The position numbers and the translations under genes were made by a program. Source: Azolla caroliniana (Eukaryota; Plantae; Polypodiophyta). From it: DNA of 64,000 bases. Numbering within the stretch: the first letter of the stretch is position 1; each line of letters starts with the position of its first letter. Under the pieces are notes generated by a model. That model saw nothing but the letters and a program-made list of their open reading frames with translations, was not told the DNA's origin and made no database searches. Positions 13,068 to 26,299 of this stretch are shown here, piece by piece. The DNA lies in assembly GCA_043228905.1 (NCBI GenBank), contig JBHGNT010000016.1, positions 2,604,001 through 2,668,000 of the forward strand, read 5' to 3'.

Positions 13068-15714
13068 TTAAACAAGGAAGCAATTAACATATGTAAGGAA
13101 GGTATTGCTATTGTGTTTGCCTCGTGCTCCTAAAAGTAGTTTCGTAAAGTACTATTGTAAGCGAAACTATTAGTTTGGATGTTCTAGCATTGCCTAAGGG
13201 ATTCAACGATATGGCTATTAACCATTTATGTGTGATGTGGTAGTGTGTAGTGGCTTTTAAATGAAAAACTATTCCATCATTCTCAATCCTTAGGGGAACT
13301 TGTCATTTTTTGCATGTTGCTCTACGATTTGTGAAGCCATATTCTATGGAGAAACTATCATGTCTATGCTTCCCTTGGATTTATAAAGCCATTTGCATGT
13401 TGTTCTTGGATAAGACAAAATCATGAAGAACTCATGTGTACATATGAAATATCCTAATCAATTGTGCACTTGTTTAGGTTTGAATCGTGAAATCGATATT
13501 GTGTTCAGATTCATGGTTAACCGCCAATAATGCTTTGAAAATAGCATTGGATTGGCACTTGTTTTTGCATTCGCGGGAAGTTATTGTAATAAACAAGAAA
13601 CAAAATAAATTCAAAAAATAATTAATAGGACATGATGCGGGTGGGTCAATTGAGGTGTCGTTACTTTTTTGAATTCTTCTTGATTGAATGAATCGATTAC
13701 CTGTTTTATTTCTTACAAATTTGAGACAACATCCATATGGATTCGAATGTTAAACCAATTTTTTTGAAAAGAAGTATATAAAATAAGTCTAGTTATGAAA
13801 GTTAGCGCGGATGAAACCTTAACTTCGTCGAAATGTGGTGCCCACCCTCCAAAGGCTAACATGATGGGATGGAAGATTTAAATCGGCTACTTATAATGTG
13901 ACGTTGATTTCAACTCAAGGTTATTCTTTTTTGGGATGTTGACAACCTTCATGAATAAGGCAATTGATTCTTGAAAAATATGCCAAAGCTCGCCTACGAG
14001 ATTCGAACTCTCAAGCATCTAGAATATATGTAACCTTTCTTTCGAGTATTCACATCATGGAAGGTATATTAAGTCCAATCTCTACATTTATTTTTCTTTG
14101 CAAAATGAACCATTTCAAATGCCACTTTGTGAGTATTAAGCCAAATGAAACACCCTAGGTAAATGCAAGAACGACAAACATGAATTCAAAGGACAAAAAC
14201 AAATGGAGTTGACATCTTTCGGTGTCTATCATGACATGTTACTGATACAATAATAGGGTAAGGATATCGAACACTACCTAGGAACAACATGTGACATCTA
14301 GCACTACCTACAACCAAGAACTTTAATTTTGTACAATTATAATCATATATAAGCCAACAATGGTGAAACACAAACATATGTATCGTCATATTTTCTTTAT
14401 TTTGTTTGTGTGTGTTGGTTCGTTTGAACAAGAGCAAAACAAAATGCATACCCATAAAGCTTCTCTTGTCATCATGTTCTAGCACATGCTCTCTCTTTCT
14501 CTCTTAGGAAAGTTTCTCTCTAAGAACATTCTTGCACTTCGTAACTGACACTCTCACATAAACCAATTTATCTTTTGTTCTTCTTTTTAGCTTGAACAAC
14601 AAGATTATATTAGAGAATGATCAGTCCATATTGGTGGCATGACTAGCAAAGCACCATGCCTTTACAATCATAATGTTAGGGAAGAATATTTTGGTTCATA
14701 TAGGCTAATTTTAAGTTACGACATCACATGTGAGCTTTGGTATCCCATATAAATGCTTATGTAGGATCGATATGAGACATATGCTTTTTGATTTTGTCCT
14801 CGAAGCACAATGTCCACCTCCATGCCTTATGGCTAGTTAGGTTATGTTACTTCTTTAGAATGGCTTATGTGGGAGCAATGTGAGCCATACATGTTCTCAT
14901 TTGTTTCCCATAAAGAATAATGACCACCTCCATGACCTATGGCTACCTAAGTTATATTCCTCTGTACATCTATTGTTGATGATGAATGTTATAAACATAT
15001 TTCGGAGAAAATAAAATTGTTATTTTTTATTGCTGAAGCGAAGATATAATATTGAAAGATTGGAGCTTCATGCATTCCCTACAACTACATAATTATGATT
15101 TTGTGTTGCCTCCATGGCATGTCACCAAGCAAGTTACATCACATGTCATCTCTAGAAAATATTGTCTAGTAACATAGGAAATGTAAGAGAAAGTGAACAT
15201 TTCATATGGTGGAGAAAATTTCCTAAAGCTTCTTGAGATGATGTCTATTCCTACATGCATACCAACTAGCATATATTATAATTTATAACATTTTGTTTTA
15301 TACATGACGAAACAAATTAGATTGGAGAGAAAGGTACTTATATTGAATAAATTTGCTTGTATTCGACATGCTCCACTTGAGTATTCCTACTTCGTCTGCA
15401 TATATGACCTTCCACATGCAAGTTTGGAAGAGGAACAAATGGGTACCTTGAGAAGTCAAAACATGGCTCCGTAAATTTATGCCCAATATAATTCATTATT
15501 ATTTTAACACTCTTTGACATCCTCATTACATAACTTTTCCGCATAAACCCAAAACATCACAATGTCCACCCGATCGAATGAGATGCAATGTGCTTGATTT
15601 GTCCCAATAATAACATTGATTGCTAGCTGCTTGATGTGTTCAATAATAACTATTTAACACCCATCAAACAATCAATAACATTAAGCAAATATTTGTCCAA
15701 AATAAACGATAGAC

Positions 15715-15992
15715 CATTGTTGAATAATACTTGGCATACAATACGTGTAGAATACATATGTACATATGTTAAGTATTCTCCCTTTTTAAAAATACTTGGA
15801 ATACGTATCCTATAGATAAAATACATAAAATATGTATAGAATGCTTTAAATACATGTAAAATATGTTAAATACTTCTTAAAGTTTTAAAGTTTTCTTTTA
15901 AACTACATAGAATATGTGAAATATTATAAAAGGGCAGTTCTAAGTTCTAAAATGTATTCTAAACGTAGAATAAGCATTTTTTAACAACTACG
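15715..15992. mobile_element. hAT-type MITE
   Basis: TIR-like ends CATTGTTG...AACAACTACG and an AT-rich interior with repeated TACGT/TATTCTA motifs. Flanks CGATAGAC/CTCTAAAC match 5/8. Reverse-complement homolog at 23881-24224. Confidence 0.6.
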
Positions 15993-17952
15993 CTCTAAAC
16001 ACATTTTTGCATATGCATAAAACGCCTCAGTTTCAACATCCAATAAATTGGATATATATATAATACTCCTAGAAATACTTATGTTAGTGAAATTCCACCT
16101 CTTTAAGTGAGAAATTGAGTAATTACGAACTATAAGCTTGAATAGTGACCAACTATGAAGAGTAGTATTCATATTAATGCTCTAGTGCGGGGTTAAGCGA
16201 CGAGTTAGGGATGTGATACATAATATCTATCCATGACAAACCCAATGATATTTTGTTGTGCCGTTTTGTTATTGACCTTTAATTGCCTTAGTTGCCAACA
16301 TGCTCTTTGGGATGTGAGCTTGAAGACTATAGAATAGGTTAAAGTGCTACCCAAGAAAGACCAAAAGGATTCCCTACACTACCTCGAAGTCGAGACAAAT
16401 GCACAAAGATTCTCTCAAATAATAAGCCAAACATAAAAAGGATCGAAATGTTATTGGGCATCGTGCATAGAATACAAACAAACAGTTGATGATTGGGACT
16501 ATATTTTGGAGTGCTAGGAATCAAGGTCGACTTATTACCGGTATGTCCTAAAGACCTTGGAATATACACTTAAAATAAGATTTTATTACCACTTAAAATA
16601 GAGTTATATTACACCCACTTTAATTTTATAAGCTAATATTGAAGTTTGGTTTGAGTTGAAGAACCATTTGTAAGTACACATGTACATAGATACAAGAACA
16701 ATATCATCAAACACATTTTTATACTCCTAGAATAGCTTAAAGCTCGTGTTCCCTATAAAGGCATTACAGATACTATCATCGGTTTTTACGTACTTTTGTA
16801 GCCCTAAAGGCGGATTGTCATTTCATTTACGAAAGAGCTTTTGTTTTGAATGTTATCACACTTAATATGTAGACAACCAAAGGAAGAACACTATTTGCAC
16901 TATTGTCGAGATAAGAAATAATAGTGTGGCCTTACAAACTGTCGAAATCAATGTTCCCAACTCTAGCGACATTTTGTATCCTCGCTCTTTACCTTGGGCC
17001 AAGAAATTTCACATGAATTTTCATAATCTTAAAGAGACATTTACGTTAGAATGGAGGGAAACATGTTTTGAGTTATATATTTCCTATTTTTGCATTCCCT
17101 TAAGGTCCAACCTCCTAAAAATATGGAATCTCAACATTGAAATGCTTATTGCATTAATGTTTCCCTAACATTAAAGACATGAAACCTTACAATCATCACA
17201 CTTACAATGATGCCTTTTGTTGCCAATGGGCACGCGTCATCAAGGTAGCATATCATTGACAAGATAAAAAGTACAACTTCTACAACAATTATTAAAAGAT
17301 TATGACTGAGATCTTGTTTCAGGAAAGAGGGTTTCATTAACTTCTAAGAACCCATGTTACATGGCATGAGTGGATCCTGGAGGGCAAGCTACACTTAAAA
17401 GTTTCTAAATATGAAGACCTATTTCTTGAACCGTTAGTGACTTCACATTCCATAAGTCACCAACACATCCGTAACAGAATCATGATACCACAAATAACGA
17501 TTCATTTACATAGGGATTGAGGCCCGAGGGCAACCAATTCTCAGGAGAGAAAAATTGCATAATTGTCTATGAATTCGAGAAGTCATGTTTATATGTGTTT
17601 TATTTTATTGATGACAATGATGAGTATTTTTTTTGAAGGTTTTGTGTAATCTCTGGTAGATTAACAATCAAAATTGGAGTTTCCCCTACATTAGTACAAG
17701 CCTAATTTTTGTCTTTGTTTTGACGAACATTAAGTGACTAATGATAACATTAAGCATAGGCTCAAAGCCAAATACTATTTCCTTTGTACATACTCTCTTG
17801 TCCAATATAACACACACTTACAAACAAATAAACACACACATCACTTTTAAATGGTAAAATTATATTCAAGCAATGCCCCTAATGCAAGGGATGACTTTAT
17901 AGAAGTATCTTGGGTTGGGAAAACACAGTGACTTATAGGCCTCAAGAGAACT

Positions 17953-20456
17953 TTAGAAGTAATCAAAGTGGGAAGCTGCCTTGGAGGGTGTCCTAGTGAA
18001 GACCTTGGTTTTGAGGTCATCTTGTTGATATTGATGTTGTTGTTGTTGATGATATTGCGTACTCAACTTTGATCCGCCGAAGTTTGGTATCTCCGGTGGT
18101 TCGGCACTTCGGATGAGTGCCCAATTGACACCACGAAAGAATGGGTGTTGCTTGATCTCGGCCGCCCCTTTGATGGAACCAAGCCTTTGGCTAGGAAGTT
18201 TCTCGAGCAAGCCTTCGATAAGGGTCTTGGCATGCTCACCGGGATCCACATGACCCCCCCACTCCGGGAACCGAAGAGGTTGTTTGACGATGTTCAAGAG
18301 AGTGTGCTCATTCTTAGCTCCCTTGAATGGAGTTTTCCCATAGAGGAGTTCATACAAAAAGATGCCGAAGGTCCACCAATCCACTGCATTGCCGTGGCCT
18401 CGCCCATCAATCATCTCGGGCGCCAAATACTCGTGAGTCCCGACAAATGACATTGATCGGGCTTCGGTCGGCTCTGCAATGAGTTCCACTCCCATTGGGA
18501 TTTCGTCACGACATACATTAGAAGCCCTCATCATCACATCTTCTTCCATGTCCATAACAATCATGTCGCTTCTATCTAATACCATATCATGATGTAATCG
18601 ATCTATGGTGGCCTTCGCCCCATCTTTCACACCAATGCATTCCACATTGTTGGTATTCATTTCAGAGCTAGAAAGGGCCATCGTGTCTTTTGATGCTCTT
18701 ACCTCACCCGCTCTCGGTGTGCGGGAGCTTGCTTTACTCTTCGAGCTGTACCCCATGTGCTTTGAATTGAATAACATGGAGAAGAGGCTTTTCCGATGCT
18801 TTTCATGGCCTTGACGAGCTTTAATTCTAGTGAGAGCACTCGCGGTGCCGGAGATTGGAAGGCACGAGAGGAATGGATGGATGGTACAAGATGCGGAGCC
18901 AACCATACAATCTAATGAAGTGTGGCCCACGATAGGAGTAGACGGGAGGGACGAAGCGACCGACGAGGATACACTAAATGACCTCATGAACTGGCTAAAT
19001 CTTCCGGATGTCGAGGTCGAAGTAGATAATGGACATCTCGATAGCTTCGGTTCGACTTCACACTTGAGCGAGAGATCAAAATCGGTGAGCATTATGTGCC
19101 CATCCTCTCTCACCAACACGTTTTCGGGCTTGAGGTCTCTATACACAATGCCCAACATGTGCAGATACTCTAATGCCAACAACACTTCGGCAGCATAAAA
19201 CCTAGAAGGAAAAGCACCCCGAAAAGACCCGAATTAGACATGCAAAACATCACATATATGTTGCATAGCATCGGAGTTCTATGTCTTTACAATTGTCATG
19301 AAGAAAAAGGGACCTTGTTGCTTTTGGCATAAACGCATGGGTCACACTCACTAGTAATTCTAAGAGCCACAAAGAGCTCAATTTCCCTCATGTTTCTGCC
19401 TTGGATTCAACGTAATCCGATCTTTTGAAGGTGATTATTGAGCTTGCATAGATGAGACGGAGCATGTCTAGCTAGAAACAAGTAGACTTTGGGCCAAGAG
19501 TGTGGTTGACACCATTGATTTTGAGAGTCTATCTTGAAGATAGGGTCTACATAACAATCACCTAGGTGTGGTGGTTTGGCCATGGATCCCTAGGGTGTCC
19601 CTCTTGATACAAATTCCCCTACTATAAGTTTCAACATTATGAGTTTGTCAAGATGGGGTTGGGCCTAGCATACATGTAGAAAGGGCCCTAGAATCCACAA
19701 TGCTGTCTCCGATAATATTCTACTAGCTAATCACAACTTCTTGATATATCGACTAGGATCTCACCTCGCGGCCTTGAGACCGAATCGTTTGGCTGGTTGC
19801 TTTTGTCGGAGGGCGTGGAGGTCTCCGCCGGGGCAAAAGTCCATGACGAGGCACGAGAATTTCTCGGCTTCGAAGTGCGCATACAACGTGGGTAGGAAGG
19901 GGTGATCGAGGAACCCGAGTATCTCCCGCTCTCGGTACATTCTCTCCAGCTTCTTCCGATGGGAGAGGGCCTCTTTGTCCATGACCTTGATGGCGAAGAA
20001 GCAATGTGAGGTGCCCCTTAGCTGGGCCAGGAAGACCGTCCCGATGTCGCCATGGCCGACTCTTTCCAAGAGCTTGAAATGGCCGATACCTAGGGGGATA
20101 TCGGGCCCGAGCCTCCGGCGCAAGGCCCGGATGGATGCCCATCCTTGGTCTTGCGATTTGTGGGGCTTATTGAGGACCACATTAATAGGGAGGCGTGGCT
20201 TATTGACCGCCATTAGGTCGTCGAAGTGCACCATCACGGGCTTATCGCCATGAATGCCCTTATTGTCCGTTCCGCTTCTATTATAATCAACACCGGGGAC
20301 TTCACAATTCACTGCGATGGCACCGGAATTCTGGTCCTTACCATCATCATCATCATCATCATCATCCATAGCTATTAGATCACACTTAACATCATCACCA
20401 TCATCATTGATCGGCCCGAGATTATGCTTCTTAACATAATCACCACCTCCACCACT

Positions 20457-20490
<34 letters not shown>

Positions 20491-20651
20491 AGAGCCACAT
20501 CATGCAGGCTGTGGATTGTGAATAGCCATAGGTTATTGTTGTTGTGGTTGGTTATGAGGTCACTATTCCTAGGGCTAAGTGTAGTAGTGCTTGAGCTACA
20601 ATTACTGAATTTGTTCCCATCATGAATGGCATTGTTGTCCCCCATTGTCAT
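17953..20651 (-). CDS. AGCVIII Ser/Thr kinase (PINOID/PID2- or D6PK-like), ~711 aa; exons 20651-19765 and 19201-17953
   Basis: [39 protein letters not shown], the conserved intron at AAR|[21 protein letters not shown]-diagnostic DFD, insertion before [16 protein letters not shown], and C-terminal FDYF (PIF motif). GT-AG intron, in frame. Confidence 0.93.
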
Positions 20652-21097
20652 TGGATTATAGCATGGTTTCTATGTATGGATTTAGATGTTAGTAATTGCT
20701 TCTTGATGAAGCTAAAGAAGGAGAAGCAGATGATGGTGGTGGTGGTGGTGGTGGTGATGAATGATGAGGTTCATGTAACAGAGCTTCCATTAAACCTCAG
20801 ATACATCATATAGCATTGCAAAAGGAAAAAAATCTCCAAGCTCCTTACAATCTTTTTGGTTAAATTTATGGAAGGAATCCCTTCACAACAACAACAACAA
20901 CAAACACACATGATACAAGCTTGGTATATGGGTGGTTTCACACTATAGAGAACTTTGGGCCATACAAAACTTACATCGCATTTCCTCTATCTTTCTTTCT
21001 TTCATTCATTTGGGGCTGTCCCGAGTGAAAAAGTGGAAGAAAAAACCTTCCTCATCGACTCTACATGTCACACACATCGGCAACAAACAACATTACA

Positions 21098-21137
<40 letters not shown>

Positions 21138-23510
21138 TGTAATTTGTCTATATATCTTGTCACGACTCACATCCTCTTCTTTCATACTTTCTCTCTATAC
21201 CCGTGGCTATCAGATTCGAAATAGTTTCGAGTCAAAGAATCTCTACATTCCACACACTAGGAGCAAATTACACTCTCCCAGACACATACACCTCTCTCTC
21301 TTCATTGTAGAACATGTTTGTTATTTTACTAGAACTATTTAGCTTAAAACTCTATTTTTATTTTTATTTTTTACTTTTGATGAATGGGTAAATATCCCAT
21401 TTTTTGTTGTAAACCATTTGTCTCATGGGCCAATTTTGGTCTTAGAAGACGTTAATATATCTTTCTTTCTTAAGCTTTTTTATACTTTCTCTCTCTATGC
21501 TAGTAGCTAATCAAAACAAAAATTGGTATATTGATATAACATCAAGTTTTTCTATCTGCAATACTCGCTCTCCACAAAAAGATGGGGCTTCTGTTGTCAC
21601 CTAGTTTGCCATCAACTTAATTGTGTTTGTATTCTCTCTTTGGGCCTATGTCAACTTTGGCCTCTATGTTTAGCGATGATCTCCTAGTTCCCAAAGTGTT
21701 TAGTGTACTAAGTTAGCAATGGCTCCTTATTGAAGAGAGGCTCGTGATATTTTAAACTCAGCTAAGGACTGATTGTCTTTGCCAAGCTATTTTAAGCCCT
21801 GAGCTTTTCCTTATACAATTTCCTATGATTGCTATTCACAATGCATAAAGGATCCATTTGATTGGATTATATGAAGAAATTAGTAATCTAGGTATATCAA
21901 CATGAAATCAGATCAATTAGGGGAAAGTATATGACTCATTCTCTTTCGTGTGAATGCATTGGTGTCCATTGGTTGGTCTAGACAGGGTCAAGCTCCTCCA
22001 CTATCAATCGTGATGCATAATAAGTGTGTCTTCTTGCTCTACGTTACGTAAAATTTGTGACTAGATTTGAGATAAAAATGTTTAGTAGGTCAAAAAGGAA
22101 ATATGTTCAAATAATATCTTTAAAAGTATATTTGTCGTAGAATTGTCTAAATATCATACAATGTGAATTAGATGTTAGCAATTATGTGTGATAATTGGCG
22201 CAATAATTCGTGCAAAAATGTTCTTGTAAGGGTGGAGTAGTTGGGGTTTTGGACGAGAGGACAAAAGGGATGCTCATACGAAGATTATTCACTTACAAGT
22301 GGAGAGAGAGAAACATTTGTATGATTAAAAACATGTAGAATAAAATAAAAATAACATGATTGAGTACACATTAATGAATTATAGAAGCATGGTTTGTATT
22401 TAGAGGTTGATCAATTACAGTTAGGGGTGGCTTTCACACCTATCGCCTATTTGTTTGCAATAATACCCATTACCCTCATCAAAATTGATTAATCCCTTAT
22501 AATAGAACCCTAATCCACCAATTTATGTGCAAGACCATCTTGGCTACATGCCAGAGCTTTTTCTCAACCCCCCGTCCTCTCCTTGAGGTTAAATTACCCT
22601 TGTCACATACACCCTCTCTAACTAGAGTCTATTACCATTTCCATACTCACACTCACACCCACACAATGTACCTACCATTTACCTTGGCTTACCCTTTTCA
22701 CACACACCTTGTGCAACTTTTACATGGTTCACCTATGTACCACAAGCAACACGACATCGCCATTAATTGTATGACTTATTGTAAATGTACAAATCAAAGA
22801 TAGAAATGGCAAGGCTCTCGTTATGTGCGCCATTTAAATCTCTCGTAGATGTCGACTATAAAAAAGAAATCAATGAAAATTTCTGAGAGAACCAAAGTGT
22901 TGTTGAAGCAATAATTGACCAACAAACCTCTATCTTCCATTTGAACCTTTGTCAAAATTGTTTCTAATTGCCAAAACAATATGGGTTTATGATCTTAAAA
23001 AGAATGAAGAGCACACATGAACATCAACCGAAACTCCTTATGAGGTGTTCTTTTATCTTTTAGATGACACAAGAACAATCTTGCTACCCATATATGTGCA
23101 TCTAGACATATGCAAGCATTCGTGCTTGCCACATTGACATACCAACACACGTGTGTACCAAGCATATTTGATTAGTTGGAATACTAGTGTAGCATATGAT
23201 GTCGTTGTTAGAATGGAATCTCTAATATAAAATTTTCTTCCTTAATTCCTTTAATATACAAAAGATATCGTATTGAGTGGATGTGGTTGGTACATAATTT
23301 GTCTCCTCGAATAACTTCTTTAGGGAAGCCAAATTTAATCTTAAAAACATTTTAGCTAGACAAAATGAGACAAAGATACACAAACTAGACATCCTACTCA
23401 CAACCTACTTTAGAAACTTAGTTTGCCCAATGTTTAAGTAGAAATTTGGCTTAAATCATTGCAAAGGCCATGGGTTGAAATACACTTTATTCAAGGATTG
23501 AATGATGCCT

Positions 23511-23754
23511 TGTGGCCATGTACAAGCAGTTGATAAGGGAAAGGAAATTCAGGAGGAGATCATCGACAAGGGACTACTGGAAAAACATGTTGTATTGTAC
23601 TTGGCAATGCATTAGGAGATATGTATGTTAGTGGCAGCTGAAGAGCAGTTGAAAAAGGTAAAAATCCATGCTGAAGTTGTTAATATATTTGAAAGTGTCC
23701 ATGTATCATGTAAATCACTTTAGACATAATATAAACCATTGTTGGGAAAAAAAA
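23511..23754 (+). pseudogene. Retroposed (processed) fragment of a PLS-class PPR gene
   Basis: Translates CGHVQAVDKGKEIQEEIIDKGLLEKHVV/LGNALGDMY/..RAVEKGK.IHAEVV with frameshifts. Ends in an A8 run (23747-23754). Flanked by an 18-bp direct repeat AAGGAT(T/C)GAATGATGCCT at 23493-23510 and 23753-23770. Confidence 0.75.
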
Positions 23755-23880
23755 GGATCGAATGATGCCTCATAGATAGTGAGCTTGGCACACATGACGC
23801 GTAAACATCTTGTCCAGGAAATTTTAACATTCTAGCACATTGATTGATACACCCAAACAATATATATTAATGAATAGTTT

Positions 23881-24224
23881 CATAGTTGTTAAAAAACGCG
23901 CATTCCACGTTTAGAGTACGTTTTAGAATACTTTGAAGTATTCTATGTTTTAGAACTGCCATATTTTAAATTTTGACGTATTCTAAAAATTCTACGTATT
24001 TAACATGTATTTTTCATTTCAAAAAAACATTAAATTTATTTTTATGAAAAAAAAACTTTAGATTTTAGGAGGTATTTAACGTATTTTACAAGTATTCTAC
24101 ACGTATTCTAAGTATTTAACATATTTTACCTATAAAATATGTATTCTAAGTATTTTAAAAAAAAGTTAAAATACTTAGAATACTTATTCTACATGTATTT
24201 TATGCTAAGTATTTTACAACAATG
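23881..24224. mobile_element. hAT-type MITE, inverted relative to 15715-15992
   Basis: Ends CATAGTTGTT...ACAACAATG; the interior is the reverse complement of the 15715-15992 element. No clear TSD. Confidence 0.6.
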
Positions 24225-25665
24225 TTTAAATCCTCATATATGATTAACAACTACAAATATGTATCAATGCCCAAATCTTGGTCCAACATCACTAATTATT
24301 TATAAGCTATCTAGTTTTCTTAGTTATTCGTAGTCACATGCTTCTTTATGGATATTATCGACATAGATCTTAACATAGATTTAAAAACCTATGGAAACAT
24401 CCCATTCATGAAATGTTCACATTTCAATCCAATGTCACATATAGTTTATAGGTATCTAAGTTTCTTAAGTATTCATTCCAACATGCTTCTTTACATACAA
24501 TTTGCATTTTTACGTATAACTTTGATGCCAATAGATTTATTTAGTATCCACATTTCAGTCCAACTTCATTTCATTGTTTATAGATATCTAAATTCATTCT
24601 TTATTCACAGTAACATGCTTCGTTTTATACTATCTACATGTACATTGAAGAGTTTGAAAGGTTAGTTACACCATGTTGCTTTATCATGTCACATGTATAA
24701 AAGCATGGAACACCTATGTCTCGAAAAAGAAAAAGTATAGTAAGTTTAATGTTCAAAGAAGCATATTATTTGTATAGATTTAGATGATACTAATAATGGA
24801 TAGTCCACTGTCCATTCACTATTCACTATACCATCATTCTTAAGAGATTATCCACCCTTAAAGGTATGTCGAAGGTTGTTACACATTGTAGGTATATGTG
24901 CACCAAAGTTTGACTACAATATTATTGAGGATAACCTTTGCCTTTGATCGATTCTTCAAATTATTCCTTTAATCTTGTTTTCTTGTGGATAGAAGATTGT
25001 CCAACTTCTATACTAATTGTTACTGATGCATTATTACTCTTGCATTCATAGTGGTCAACAAATTATGTTATCAACAAGCTCAAAGATTTCTTTGAATTTT
25101 ATGTGTTATCTTGATTCTTTGTAATCCAATGTGATCTCACTAATGTTTGATAACATTGTGCCATTTCCCATTGGCAAGTTCATTTGATGTTTATATGTGC
25201 TCTCCCTATCTTTTTATTTGTTTTTTTGTATTACGATAGTAAAGCTAGAGGTGAACCTAGATTTCGCTTATCCATCCACTTAGGTTGCCATCTCATTGTA
25301 TGCAATACTTTACATATCCACTTCAAGATGTAGGGGTTGAATGAACGACCTTTTGGTTTTGGTTAGACAACCTTACCAAGTAAGCTACAATTGTTTACAC
25401 ATTCTCATTGTCTCCCTTTTTCAGAAGTTTCTAGATTGTTCTAACATAGCATGAAGAAGTTATCACCATGAGAATCCCATGAGTCGAATTTAAATGTAGT
25501 CAATGGTCACATGTGCATGTCTTTATGCAATCTCAAATCTCGGCTTCATGCTCTTTAATTAATCTTAATATTGTATCTTCATCCTTCATATAAATAGGAT
25601 TCCTTCTTTCTTTCAATCTATTAGTGATGATATTGTGGTGTGCATGTGTTCCTTTGTGCCACCCT

Positions 25666-26141
25666 TTTAGCACACCCTTTTTAGTAGGCATGTAGCTAAG
25701 CCAACCCACACTTTTAGCAGACCCATTTTAGCCTGCATGTAGCTAAGCCAACCCAAATGGGTACCTTTGTAATCATCTCTATATGTGTTATTGTACTTTA
25801 TCCCCAAGCTTGGCTATCTGGCTATCTGGCTCTAGCATCTGCTCATTACTTTGTGTTATGAGTTCAAAAAATATATGGCTAGATTCAATACACTCATTAT
25901 GAAAGTTTTGGAGTCATTGTTGAAGCGCGCACACACATAAATATTAACCTTGGATTTCTTATTACAAAAAATTTATATCATGTAGCTAATGCTATATATC
26001 AAAGATAATGCACTCATTATGGCAGTTCTGGAGTCATTGTTGAAGCGAGTGCACACACACACACACACACACACAAATCTTGGATTTCATGTTACAAAAA
26101 ATTTATATCACGTAGCTAAAACCTAATGCTATATATCAAAG
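25666..26141. repeat. Two short tandem duplications (~47 bp and ~120 bp units)
   Basis: TTTTAGCA.ACCC...CATGTAGCTAAGCCAACCCA occurs twice; CACTCATTATG..AGTT.TGGAGTCATTGTTGAAGCG...AATGCTATATATCAAAG occurs twice. Confidence 0.85.
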
Positions 26142-26299
26142 GCAGGAAACCAAATACCTATATATATATATTCAAAGAATATTTGCATTCAATGAGGGTA
26201 TAACTTGTACGAACATTAAAATATTCATTGAAGAATGATGCATTTGAGGGCTCATTTTCTTCATTTTAGATCTCAATGGAGTCGGATGGACAATTGGTT

